DNA of 64,000 nucleotides from the NCBI GenBank assembly GCA_029258825.1, contig JAPDKA010000003.1, positions 2,065-66,064 on the forward strand, given 5' to 3'. This document shows positions 55,585 through 64,000 of this stretch, in pieces. A program made the position numbers and the translations under genes. How positions within the stretch are numbered: position 1 is the stretch's first letter; the number at the start of each line of letters is the position of its first letter. The stretch is from an archaeon (GTDB lineage Archaea > Nanobdellota > Nanobdellia > Pacearchaeales > JAPDKA01). The notes under the pieces were generated by a model. It saw nothing but the letters and a program-made list of their open reading frames with translations, was not told the DNA's origin and made no database searches.

Positions 55585-55642
55585 GTTAATTATAATTAAC
55601 TAATATTTAAATTTTTCGTTAACTATAATTAACTAATATTTA
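55585..55642. repeat. Two 25-bp direct repeats in the promoter of the ATPase gene (candidate tandem promoter/operator)
   Basis: gttaattataattaactaatattta (55585-55609) and gttaactataattaactaatattta (55618-55642) differ at 1 of 25 positions. Each carries a tttaaatatt TATA-like box when read on the minus strand; the proximal copy is about 25 bp from the ATG at 55580. Confidence 0.5.
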
Positions 55643-55867
55643 CAAACCTATAGATGTTTTTCTCTCTGAAACCTGCATCAAAGCTAAACTCAAGCAACTT
55701 TTTGAATAATATTTCATATCATAAGAAAAATCTGATGCTGCTCTTAATTTAAGTTGGATTCTCATAGTATAGTTTAGTAACACAATATTTTAAAATTTTA
55801 GTATTACAAAAACTTTAACTGCTAATCCTGCCTGAAACCCACGCCCAAAAAACAAATCTAAAAAACC

Positions 55868-57544
55868 TTAATCTTGCTTAGCGTCTATCACAACCACGTT
55901 AATGCTGTCTCTCAACAGCTTGCTTATTAAATCACCTGTATGAGCTGCTCCGTACACTACACCAAAAACAGAAGTGCTGTGGGAGTTAAGGAATTCTTTT
56001 ATTTTCTCTACCAAAACAGAATCCCTCTTATCAATGGCAAAATGATAATATTCAAGAGGAGACTCAAATAAGTTCAGTTTCAGTTCAAGACCAAGATATT
56101 TCATTAGATCTACAAGGCTCGCATTGGGATTGCTTTTGAAGAACTCTTCTGAACTTTTAATCAACCAATCTGCACTTTCCTCTATTTTTTCTTTAGAACT
56201 TTCTATCTCCTTAAGACGCTCTTCAATATCACGGGAAACAGTTACTGGATTCAATATTTTAAGTATTTTATACAGTCCGCAAACGTAGTTATCAACATCA
56301 CAAGGATACAATTTGCCCTTTTCTCTCTTGTCAGGCGGAGGGCAGTAGAAAGGATCTTCCATTTCTTTAAACAATCTCCAATCTTCAATATCTGAAATAA
56401 ACATCCTCAAAAACATGTATTCGAAATTATCAGAAAAGTTATCAGACCATACGGTATCGAACTTATAAAGGTGGGCAAGCATTTCAGCTATAACAAGTGG
56501 CATAAGAGATAACTTACCAAAGAAGCGGACAAGTTGATAATAAGCATTTATTATTTTAGACCGAATACTTGCTCCTTTACAAGATTCGCCCAGATAATCG
56601 GATAAATGATAAGTAAGAATGGATTCTGCTCGTGCAGAATCTCCTGCTAATGCTAAAGAGTCTGCAGTACAAAGAATCATGAGATCTTTAGACTTCAGAA
56701 CTTCAAAGAAAAAATCTTTTCTATTTTTCCATTCAATATACTCTCTAAGAGAATTGAATGCCTCATCATTTACTTTTCCCTCCTCCGCTGGGAGCAATTT
56801 AATCTGTGGGTTCTTAACTGCTGCAAGCACATCACCACCAAAATAAAGATAAAAGATATCCTCAATAATCGATGCGTTTTCTTTGATTTTTTCCTTCATA
56901 AAGTTAATATATTTCCAATACTTGGGTGGAACAACTTCTCTATTTTTTTCTAATACTGTAAGCATACGATCAGCTTCCTCAACCAAGCTATCTAGCTTAG
57001 CGATATTCTTTTTTGCAACTTGTTTACGTTCGGCGATTCCCTCTTCTGTTTCGAATCCTTCCACAAAAATGTAGGAAAGGCCAAGATTTGCATGCAGTTT
57101 TGATATGATCGAATCGAGGTTTTTTTGACACTTAATAGCAGCCTTCGTGCTTAGATATTCTGTTGAATCGGTAGAGGGCCACCTTATTACTTCATACGAA
57201 TAAAGAGGACTTTTATGTATTTGCGGAAGGTAAATGCATGTTGCTATAGCATGGTCTGCTTTATACAGTTCAACATTAGGAAATTCGCTTTTTCTTATTC
57301 TAAGGGTATCATTACGAGCAGGCACAACCAAATATTCATCTTCAGGTTTATGCTCAACAACTTGCTCTTGCTTTTTTGTCTGAACAGGTGTCACATTATT
57401 AGATGTAGAATTGACTAAGCTGAGTGAAACACAGTTTGGCAACCAAAATGCTAGTGCCACTAATAGGTTTCTAATTAGATTTCTCATTATGAAGTAGTCG
57501 CTTTTTGTTTTATAAAGTTTTCTGTTTTGTGCATGATTCAGCAC
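55868..57544 (-). CDS. hypothetical secreted protein
   Basis: Signal peptide MRNLIRNLLVALAFWLPNCVSL after the probable start M20. 558 aa with no recognisable domain. Confidence 0.5.
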   Translation of the reverse strand: MLNHAQNRKLYKTKSDYFIMRNLIRNLLVALAFWLPNCVSLSLVNSTSNNVTPVQTKKQEQVVEHKPEDEYLVVPARNDTLRIRKSEFPNVELYKADHAIATCIYLPQIHKSPLYSYEVIRWPSTDSTEYLSTKAAIKCQKNLDSIISKLHANLGLSYIFVEGFETEEGIAERKQVAKKNIAKLDSLVEEADRMLTVLEKNREVVPPKYWKYINFMKEKIKENASIIEDIFYLYFGGDVLAAVKNPQIKLLPAEEGKVNDEAFNSLREYIEWKNRKDFFFEVLKSKDLMILCTADSLALAGDSARAESILTYHLSDYLGESCKGASIRSKIINAYYQLVRFFGKLSLMPLVIAEMLAHLYKFDTVWSDNFSDNFEYMFLRMFISDIEDWRLFKEMEDPFYCPPPDKREKGKLYPCDVDNYVCGLYKILKILNPVTVSRDIEERLKEIESSKEKIEESADWLIKSSEEFFKSNPNASLVDLMKYLGLELKLNLFESPLEYYHFAIDKRDSVLVEKIKEFLNSHSTSVFGVVYGAAHTGDLISKLLRDSINVVVIDAKQD

Positions 57545-57572
57545 GAATTTTTATATATTTTCTAATTTTTCT

Positions 57573-58154
57573 TTGAACATGCCAACCACGTTGCTTGATT
57601 TAATAGCATCAGACATTGTTTGGGTTGCTGTGATCGCAATAGTTGTTTTGCTTGGGAAGCACAAGAAAAACACACATAAGTACAGCAAGATAAATGCTGT
57701 ACTCAATTTTAAAATAAAACTAGACAATAGCATAAAAACAATACTCATTCCTGCGTTGTTGAGCATTGCCTTATTCAGTGTGTTTGCACTAACAAGCAAG
57801 CAAAAGATTATTGCTTATGATGTTCCGTTAGCTTATTTATTGATTTCTGCTGTTGTTATTGCACCAATAGCTGAAGAATTGCTATGTAGGGGTATTTTAC
57901 TTGGATGTTTTTTGTATTGTTCAAGATGGATAAAAAACAAATATGCAAGAATCAGCTTTATAGCTGTTGGTTTTCTGCTACAACTTTCTATCTTTGTAAT
58001 TTTTCATTTAAGAACCAAACCTTTCGAAATTGTCATGCTTGCAGCAAATGGTTTTTTATTCAGCATACTTTTTCTTGCATATAGAACAAACTTACTACCG
58101 AGTATAATTGCTCACGCTGTGAGCAATTTAGCAGTAATATTGACGAATTTCTAA
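57573..58154 (+). CDS. CPBP-family intramembrane metalloprotease (CAAX protease / Abi-like)
   Basis: Motifs EELLCRG (EExxxR), FxxxH (IFHLR), and HAVSN (HxxxN). Multiple TM helices. Confidence 0.7.
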   Translation: MNMPTTLLDLIASDIVWVAVIAIVVLLGKHKKNTHKYSKINAVLNFKIKLDNSIKTILIPALLSIALFSVFALTSKQKIIAYDVPLAYLLISAVVIAPIAEELLCRGILLGCFLYCSRWIKNKYARISFIAVGFLLQLSIFVIFHLRTKPFEIVMLAANGFLFSILFLAYRTNLLPSIIAHAVSNLAVILTNF

Positions 58155-58210
58155 TTAAAATTAGTTAAAATTTTTTCAAGAAAATTTGATATATTTAGTA
58201 GAGATTTGTA

Positions 58211-58699
58211 TTAAATTAATCCAAAATAAATAACTCCTGGAATTTTTTCTTTAAAATAGAATTGTAAATATCGGATTTTACGTAATTTTACAACAATTTT
58301 CTCGAAGTGGATTTGCCAATGTTTATGATTATGCTCTGCCGGAAAAGCTATAAACAAAACAGCTTTGTTTTTATAGTTTGTCGATTTTAATTTTTCAATA
58401 TCATTTATTATTCCTTGTATATTCTTTGTTATAGGACGTGTTTTATTTTTTACATTTTCATATCGAATATTAGTATTAACTGTTTTAAGTTCAATTGCCC
58501 AATTTTCAAAAGTGATGTCAATTCTATCTCGTTCGGGGGTTACATCTTTAAAAAATTTGGATAATATATCACATAATTCCACTTTTAACCAACCCTCAAA
58601 TTTGGCCCTTTCTCTCGCAAAAATAGACAAACTTTGACTATTTTCCAACTTTAGTCTAAGTTGATTAATTATTAATTCGGCGACCCTTTCGAATTTCAT
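58211..58699 (-). CDS. hypothetical protein with PD-(D/E)xK nuclease-like motif
   Basis: ...FEGWLKVELCD...DRIDITFENWAIELKTV has the D...E-x-K spacing of restriction-endonuclease-like folds. Low confidence. Confidence 0.35.
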   Translation of the reverse strand: MKFERVAELIINQLRLKLENSQSLSIFARERAKFEGWLKVELCDILSKFFKDVTPERDRIDITFENWAIELKTVNTNIRYENVKNKTRPITKNIQGIINDIEKLKSTNYKNKAVLFIAFPAEHNHKHWQIHFEKIVVKLRKIRYLQFYFKEKIPGVIYFGLI

Positions 58700-58820
58700 T
58701 GTAAATTAAATATATTTAATTTTTTGTTTAATGCTATCAATCTTTTATAGGTGAAACTAGGATCAAAAAGTTTGTTGTACGGATAGCTGTACACAAGCTC
58801 TGTTTTTGGAATTCTAATAA

Positions 58821-59183
58821 TCATTTTTTCCTGACCTTTACAACCAAATGTTGGCCTCTCAAAGCTTCAGCTTTAGATAGTTCCCAGTCCAGCTTCATTA
58901 AACTTTTAACAAAAGGATGAGACAAATTCAATTTATAGTATATAGATTTACCGATCTTTCTCGTTTTTATCACAATACCATATCGTAAAAATTTAGGAAA
59001 AAATTTCTTTAGAGTGTTATAACTAACTCTGCTCTTTCTTGCTATTTCTGTGATAGGAAAATCAAAAAAATGATTCTCCATTAAAAAATCTATTACCCTC
59101 ATTTGAGGCGTGCTACCCATGTATTGCAGAAATATAGATTTTCTCTCCCTCATTCTCCGACCATCCATCCGACCACCCACCAT
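58821..59183 (-). CDS. winged-helix transcriptional regulator
   Basis: PITEIARKSRVSYNTLKKFFPKFLRYGIVIKTRKIGKSIYYKL is HTH plus wing. The real start is probably the internal Met MGSTPQ. Confidence 0.5.
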   Translation of the reverse strand: MVGGRMDGRRMRERKSIFLQYMGSTPQMRVIDFLMENHFFDFPITEIARKSRVSYNTLKKFFPKFLRYGIVIKTRKIGKSIYYKLNLSHPFVKSLMKLDWELSKAEALRGQHLVVKVRKK

Positions 59184-59309
59184 TTATTTTTTGCAAAGCA
59201 ATATTTATTTATCATATCAAATAATACCTACGTATTAATACATGTATCAAACAACAAAAATATTTATAAATCTTTCTATCATTGAAACTTTAATTTCAAA
59301 AATTGAAAA

Positions 59310-59570
59310 ATGCAATCAGACATAGAAACCATAAAAGCACAGATTATGTGGAAACTTGTAAGGAAAGGAAATTGGGGCCACTGCTATGACAGATTAGAAC
59401 ACTTCAAAAGATTTCCCATGCTAGATAAAGCAATAAAAGAATTAGTAAAACAAGAATGGATAATCATACATAAAAAATCAAGATTCAAAGCAATTTCTCT
59501 CAACCCCAAATACAAATATGAGATTATCAAATTCATTGAAGATAAGATGAAATATATCAAAGAAAGTTAA
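59310..59570 (+). CDS. hypothetical small protein
   Basis: 86-aa ORF with no motif. Confidence 0.35.
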   Translation: MQSDIETIKAQIMWKLVRKGNWGHCYDRLEHFKRFPMLDKAIKELVKQEWIIIHKKSRFKAISLNPKYKYEIIKFIEDKMKYIKES

Positions 59571-59686
59571 AAACTGTTTATTGCGAAACCTTTAAAAAGC
59601 TATAAAGAGGTGTTAAGCTAAGTTAAGCTAAGCTTGTGGGGATTCGGGGAGTAGAAAAATGATACTAAACATTTATTTAGGAGGAG

Positions 59687-60685
59687 ATGGCAAAGGCACA
59701 CAAACCACGCAAAGGAAGCTTGCAATTTTGGCCGCGCAAAAGAGCGTCAAAGCTAGTGCCTAGAGTAAACTGGAAACAGCTTGAGGCAAAATATAATGAT
59801 ACTTGTTTGTTAGGATTTTTAGGCTATAAAGTAGGTATGTGTTCTGTACTTGCAAAAGACCTCACAGAGCATTCAATGACAAAAGGCAAAAAAATTGTTG
59901 TTCCTGTTAGTGTTGTTGAATGCCCGCCTATGAAAATTCTAGCAGTAAGGTTTTATAAAGACGGCAAAGCTGCATGTGATGTTTTATCGTGCAATCTTGA
60001 TAAAGAACTAAAGAAAAAACTAAAGCTACCTCAAAAACAACTAACTAAAGACGATGTTCTTGCAAAGCTAAACGAAATAGAGCAAAAACTCGATGAGCTT
60101 GGCTATGATAATGTCAGGCTTCTTGTTTATTCACTTGTGAAAAAAACAAAGATAAAGAAAAAACCAGACATAGCTGAAATTGCTGTTGGTGGCAAAAACA
60201 TAAGAGAAAAATTAGCATACATAAAAGAACTAATTGGCAAGGAAATAGATGTAAAGCAAGTGCTAAAGCCTGACATGCTTATAGATGTGCGCGGTGTAAC
60301 AAAAGGCAAAGGTACACAAGGTCCAATTAAGAGGTTCGGCATAGGAAGAAAGCAACACAAGAGCGAAAAAGGTGTAAGACGTCCTGGTAGCCTTGGTCCA
60401 TGGACACCAAAGAAAGTTTCGTTTAGAGCACCAATGGCTGGTCAACTTGGATTTTTTAAGCGTGTACAGTACAACAATAAAATGCTTGACATAGCAAACA
60501 TAAATGAAAAAGACATTAATCCAAAAGGTGGGTGGACGCATTACGGTTTAATAAGGACTGCATGGATAATGCTAAAAGGCTCTGTGCAAGGACCACCAAA
60601 AAGACCTTTAATGCTTACATATGCCTTAAGGCCAACAAAGAGAACTGAAAAATTAAAGTTGGATGTGCTAGAAATAATAAGTTAA
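59687..60685 (+). CDS. rpl3: 50S ribosomal protein L3
   Basis: Archaeal L3 N-terminus RKGSLQFWPRKRA...GFLGYKVGM. SD-like ggaggag upstream. Confidence 0.9.
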   Translation: MAKAHKPRKGSLQFWPRKRASKLVPRVNWKQLEAKYNDTCLLGFLGYKVGMCSVLAKDLTEHSMTKGKKIVVPVSVVECPPMKILAVRFYKDGKAACDVLSCNLDKELKKKLKLPQKQLTKDDVLAKLNEIEQKLDELGYDNVRLLVYSLVKKTKIKKKPDIAEIAVGGKNIREKLAYIKELIGKEIDVKQVLKPDMLIDVRGVTKGKGTQGPIKRFGIGRKQHKSEKGVRRPGSLGPWTPKKVSFRAPMAGQLGFFKRVQYNNKMLDIANINEKDINPKGGWTHYGLIRTAWIMLKGSVQGPPKRPLMLTYALRPTKRTEKLKLDVLEIIS

Positions 60686-60686
60686 A

Positions 60687-61682
60687 ATGATTAAAGCAAA
60701 TGTATACAACTTGAATGCAGAAAAGGTAAAGCAAATTGAGTTGCCATGGTCTAAACAAGCATTCAGACCAGACATCATTTTTAAGGCATGGGAAGTCTTA
60801 AAGCTCAATGCAAGACATCCATATGGAGCTTATCCTTTAGCAGGCAAAGAGGTTAGCGCAAGCAGCAAGCAAAAGCACAGACGTCATAGATGGAAAAGTT
60901 TATACGGAAGAGGCATTAGCAGAGTGCCGCGTAAAATATTATTGAGGAGGGGTGAACAATTCCATTGGGTTGGCGCATTCATTTCTGGAACTAGAGGTGG
61001 TAGGCGTGCTCATCCACCAAAACCAGAACGTCGCACATTAAAGATAAATGAGAAAGAAAAATTGAAAGCATTGTTAAATGCCTTATATGCATGCAGCGAT
61101 ATCAACATTGTAAAGCAAAGATACAGCAAAATTAAAGATAATGAAGAAATTGCAAAGCATTTAGCAAATATTGGCTTGCCTGTTGTTATAACAGCTCTTG
61201 ATGTTGACAAAGCAAAAACATTCAAGCAGTTTTTAGAAAAAATATTCGATAAAGCAATAGATGTTGTGTTGAAGAAAAAGAAAGTTAGAGCAGGAAAAGG
61301 TAAGATGCGTGGAAGACGATACAAAACAACTGCAGGAATGTTGCTTGTTATTGCAAGCAGTGAGGAAGAAAAAGCAAAAAAGATTAGAAACTTACCAATA
61401 GAAATTGTCAAAGCAAAATTATTAAGCATTAAACATCTTGCTCCTGGCGGTCATGCAGGCAGGATTGTCATGTTCACTGAAAAAGCCATCAATGAACTTG
61501 CAGAAAGATTAAAACAAAAACAAGAAAGCTTAGCAAAAAGAAAAACGAAAAAGATTGAAAAATTAAAGATAAAAGAAACAGAAGAAAAAACAAATCAGGC
61601 AGAACAAAGCAAAGAAAGCGAAAGCAAGAGCAAAACAAGCAAAACAAAAAAGCAAAGTAAAAAGCAAAGTAAATCAAAATAA
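60687..61682 (+). CDS. rpl4: 50S ribosomal protein L4 with K/E-rich C-terminal extension
   Basis: L4/L1e core, then an extension of about 75 aa of low complexity (KQKQESLAKRKTKK...SKKQSKSK). Confidence 0.85.
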   Translation: MIKANVYNLNAEKVKQIELPWSKQAFRPDIIFKAWEVLKLNARHPYGAYPLAGKEVSASSKQKHRRHRWKSLYGRGISRVPRKILLRRGEQFHWVGAFISGTRGGRRAHPPKPERRTLKINEKEKLKALLNALYACSDINIVKQRYSKIKDNEEIAKHLANIGLPVVITALDVDKAKTFKQFLEKIFDKAIDVVLKKKKVRAGKGKMRGRRYKTTAGMLLVIASSEEEKAKKIRNLPIEIVKAKLLSIKHLAPGGHAGRIVMFTEKAINELAERLKQKQESLAKRKTKKIEKLKIKETEEKTNQAEQSKESESKSKTSKTKKQSKKQSKSK

Positions 61683-61691
61683 TAACGCAAA

Positions 61692-61937
61692 ATGGTGCTT
61701 ATCAAACCATTAATGACTGAAAAGCTGTTGAAACTTGTAGAAAGTGAAAACAAAATAGCATTCGAAGTTGAACGCAAAGCAAACAAAAGTGCGATTAAGC
61801 AAGCAGTAGAAAAAATGTTTAATGTTAAAGTCGTCAAAGTTAATACCATGATAAGGAAAAACAAGAAGATAGCAATAGTAAAGCTAGCAAAAGAAAATCC
61901 TGCAATAGACCTAGCAACACAGCTAGGCATAATTTAA
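61692..61937 (+). CDS. rpl23: 50S ribosomal protein L23
   Basis: KPLMTEKLLKLVESENKIAFEV...KVVKVNT. Confidence 0.85.
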   Translation: MVLIKPLMTEKLLKLVESENKIAFEVERKANKSAIKQAVEKMFNVKVVKVNTMIRKNKKIAIVKLAKENPAIDLATQLGII

Positions 61938-61971
61938 TAATTAAACAAAATTAAAGCAATAAAAAGCCAAA

Positions 61972-62676
61972 ATGGGTAAGCGGATCATACAACAAAGACG
62001 TGGAAGAGGAAGCCCGACTTATGCAGTCAGAAAACGTGCATACAGGTTTAAAATAGCTTATCCCCCGCTTGATGTTGAAGGCCAAGCAACAGTCCTAGAC
62101 ATTATTAACTCACCTGGCCATACAGCACCACTAGTTAAGTTAAGCATTAATGGTAAAACATATTATAATCCTGCTGTTCTTGGGATTGCTAAAGATGATG
62201 TTATTGAAATAGGTAGTAATGCTGAAGTAAGGCCTGGTTGTATATTACCGCTTGCCAATATTCCTGTTGGTGTTGAAATATGCAACATCGAGCTAAGGCC
62301 TGGTGACGGCGGTAAACTCGTTAGAGCAAGCGGAACTAGCGCTAAGATTGTGAAAAAACTAGATGATAAAGTGATTGTCCTAATGCCGTCGAAAAAAGAA
62401 AAAGTTTTTGATGCTAGAGCAAGAGCAACTGTTGGCATTGTTGCAGGTTTTGGAAGAAAGGAAAAACCGTGGGTTAAAGCAGGTAAAAAGTGGCATGCAA
62501 TGCATGCCAGAGGTAAGCTTTATCCACGCACAAGTGCAGTAAAGATGAATGCTGTAGACCACCCATTCGGCAGTGGACGTGGCAAGAACATAAAATCAAA
62601 GATAGCAAAACGCAATGCACCACCTGGTAAGAAAGTTGGTCTAATTAGGCCAAGGAGAACTGGTAAGAAAAAATAA
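61972..62676 (+). CDS. rpl2: 50S ribosomal protein L2
   Basis: MGKRIIQQRRGRGS at the N-terminus, GSGRGKN, PPGKKVGLI. Confidence 0.9.
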   Translation: MGKRIIQQRRGRGSPTYAVRKRAYRFKIAYPPLDVEGQATVLDIINSPGHTAPLVKLSINGKTYYNPAVLGIAKDDVIEIGSNAEVRPGCILPLANIPVGVEICNIELRPGDGGKLVRASGTSAKIVKKLDDKVIVLMPSKKEKVFDARARATVGIVAGFGRKEKPWVKAGKKWHAMHARGKLYPRTSAVKMNAVDHPFGSGRGKNIKSKIAKRNAPPGKKVGLIRPRRTGKKK

Positions 62677-62735
62677 AGTAAAAATAAATTGTTAATTAAA
62701 AAACAAAAACACAAATAAAGCACAAACAAGGCAAA

Positions 62736-63134
62736 ATGGCTGAAATGGAAAAGCAAGAGTTTATGTTTAGGGGAAAAACAATAGAAGAGCTAAAACAAAT
62801 GCCGCTCAGCGAATTTGCAAAACTAGTGAAAAGTCGCGAGAGAAGAAGTTTGTTAAGGCAACTTGAACAGATGGAAAAATTTTTGGCAAGATGTGAGAAA
62901 AAGCTTGCTAAAGGAAAACCTATAAAGACGCATTGGAGAGACGCTATTATTGTGCCACGCATGATTGGCTGGACAATTCATGTTCATAATGGTAAGGAGT
63001 TCATTCCTGTTGAAATAAAACCAGAAATGCTGGGCCACAGACTTGGCGAATTTGCACTAACAAGAAAACCTGTCAAGCACTCTGCACCAGGTGTCGGTGC
63101 AACACGAAGCTCAGCATTTTTATCAGTTAAATAA
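62736..63134 (+). CDS. rps19: 30S ribosomal protein S19
   Basis: [34 protein letters not shown]. Confidence 0.9.
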   Translation: MAEMEKQEFMFRGKTIEELKQMPLSEFAKLVKSRERRSLLRQLEQMEKFLARCEKKLAKGKPIKTHWRDAIIVPRMIGWTIHVHNGKEFIPVEIKPEMLGHRLGEFALTRKPVKHSAPGVGATRSSAFLSVK

Positions 63135-63144
63135 AAACGCTAAA

Positions 63145-63759
63145 ATGACAGAAGAAAAAACAAAAGAAGAAACAAAAAAGGAAAAGCAAGAGGAAAAGCA
63201 AACAAAGCAAGAAGCAAATTCAAAGCAAGAGCAAGAGGCAAAGTCACAAGATAAAGCTGAAACTAAAACAGACAAAACTACGCAGGAAACAGAAAAAGAA
63301 AAGGAAAAGCAAACAAAGAAAGAGCAAAAGCAAAAACAGAAAAAACGCGATTATGCTATTGCGAAAGGCATAGACCTGCCTATTTCAACAAAACACAGTA
63401 TTGCAATATGCAGATTTATCAAAGGTAAACATCCGGCTGAAGCAATAGAAATGCTTGAAAAAGTAAGAAAATTAAAGCTTGCTGTGCCAATGCAAGGCGA
63501 AATACCACATAGAAAAGGCCGCATTATGTCTGGCCGTTATCCTGTTAAAGCTGCTGAATACTTTATTAAAGTATTAAAAACAGTCATTGCTAATGCTGTT
63601 CAACTTGGTTTAGATGAAAGTAAGCTTTACATAAGTATTGCAAAAGCTGACAAAGCATCAAGGCCATACAGGCCAAGCAGACATCTTGGAAGGCGTTTCA
63701 AAAGAACTCATTTGCTAATAGAAGTCCGTGAATTAAACAAGCAAAACCCAACAAAATGA
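63145..63759 (+). CDS. rpl22: 50S ribosomal protein L22 with K/E-rich N-terminal extension
   Basis: The L22 core ARDYAIAKGIDLPISTKHSIAICRFIKGK follows a charged low-complexity N-terminus of about 70 aa. Start placed at MTEEK (63145), just after the S19 stop, rather than the overlapping Met at 63091. Confidence 0.8.
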   Translation: MTEEKTKEETKKEKQEEKQTKQEANSKQEQEAKSQDKAETKTDKTTQETEKEKEKQTKKEQKQKQKKRDYAIAKGIDLPISTKHSIAICRFIKGKHPAEAIEMLEKVRKLKLAVPMQGEIPHRKGRIMSGRYPVKAAEYFIKVLKTVIANAVQLGLDESKLYISIAKADKASRPYRPSRHLGRRFKRTHLLIEVRELNKQNPTK

Positions 63760-64000
63760 TAGAGAAAAAATTTGTCGCAGAAAAAAAGCAAGAGTTTAAA
63801 ATTAAGGAATACATCAAGCAGCGCTTTGATTTTATCAGCGATGTTAAAATTGAACGAGTCCCAGTAGGTGAAAAAGTAATTATCAAAACAAGCAGGCCTG
63901 AACTTGTCATAGGAAGGCGTGGTGAAACTTTGATGAATTTAACAGAGAAACTCAAAAAAGAATTCCAACTTGAAAATCCACACATTGAAGTACTGCCAGT
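63756..64000 (+). CDS. rps3: 30S ribosomal protein S3 (partial, runs off window end)
   Basis: MIEKKFVAEKKQEFKIKEYIKQRF...VIIKTSRPELVIGRRGE is the KH domain of S3. Its ATG overlaps the L22 stop (ATGA). Confidence 0.85.
   Translation, partial: MIEKKFVAEKKQEFKIKEYIKQRFDFISDVKIERVPVGEKVIIKTSRPELVIGRRGETLMNLTEKLKKEFQLENPHIEVLP

Noticed and set aside
59614-59660. Direct repeat ttaagctaag x2 followed by ggggattcgggga upstream of rpl3
   Set aside because: Too short and not self-complementary. Probably just a promoter or leader sequence of the ribosomal operon, with a genuine SD (ggaggag) following.
1-64000. Scan for CRISPR arrays, rRNA genes and additional tRNAs
   Set aside because: No series of regularly spaced 25-40-bp direct repeats was seen. 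No long GC-rich rRNA-like stretches. The only tRNA-like GC-rich cloverleaf found is at 17029..17133. The 3232..3409 GC island does not fold as a tRNA.

Overview
This window is AT-rich (roughly one-third GC by eye) and its gene content looks archaeal, most plausibly a DPANN-type small-genome archaeon. Evidence: replication factor C small and large subunits; the exosome genes Rrp4, Rrp41 and Rrp42 next to RpoK, SBDS and proteasome alpha; RtcB, L15e, an archaeal-type AlaRS, an ATP-dependent DNA ligase and pyruvoyl arginine decarboxylase; an r-protein operon L3-L4-L23-L2-S19-L22-S3; and an intron-containing tRNA. Many promoters are leaderless, with a TATA-like tttaaata box about 20-27 bp before the ATG. 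The core genes are interleaved with accessory material. (i) Four paralogous COG1373-type AAA+ ATPases (AAA_14 + DUF4143), one of them frameshifted, flank a large secreted S-layer-like protein. (ii) The conserved psmA-SBDS-rrp4-rrp41-rrp42 superoperon is interrupted by a Na+/H+ antiporter gene and a HEPN/MNT toxin-antitoxin pair; a RelE/ParE-like pair sits just upstream of psmA. (iii) A roughly 15-kb, even more AT-rich island lies between alaS and the ribosomal operon. Its centrepiece is a Type III-like restriction-modification locus: a large beta-class DPPF methyltransferase (Mod-like) and a DEAH helicase with a C-terminal PD-(D/E)xK nuclease (Res-like). The two are separated by a tightly overlapping operon of four tandem paralogous mini-HTH proteins plus a HEPN (DUF4145-like) protein. 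The island also carries a CPBP protease, a small PD-(D/E)xK-like protein, a PRTase-like protein and several secreted or zinc-ribbon proteins. Other notable items are a tRNA-Ile with anticodon UAU and a canonical 37/38 intron, a 110-aa stand-alone fragment of diphthamide synthase Dph2, a GC-rich multi-hairpin element upstream of the S-layer gene, and a zinc-ribbon insertion in the DNA ligase. No CRISPR array was seen. All functional calls are from motif and family-level reading of the translations by eye, without database searches.
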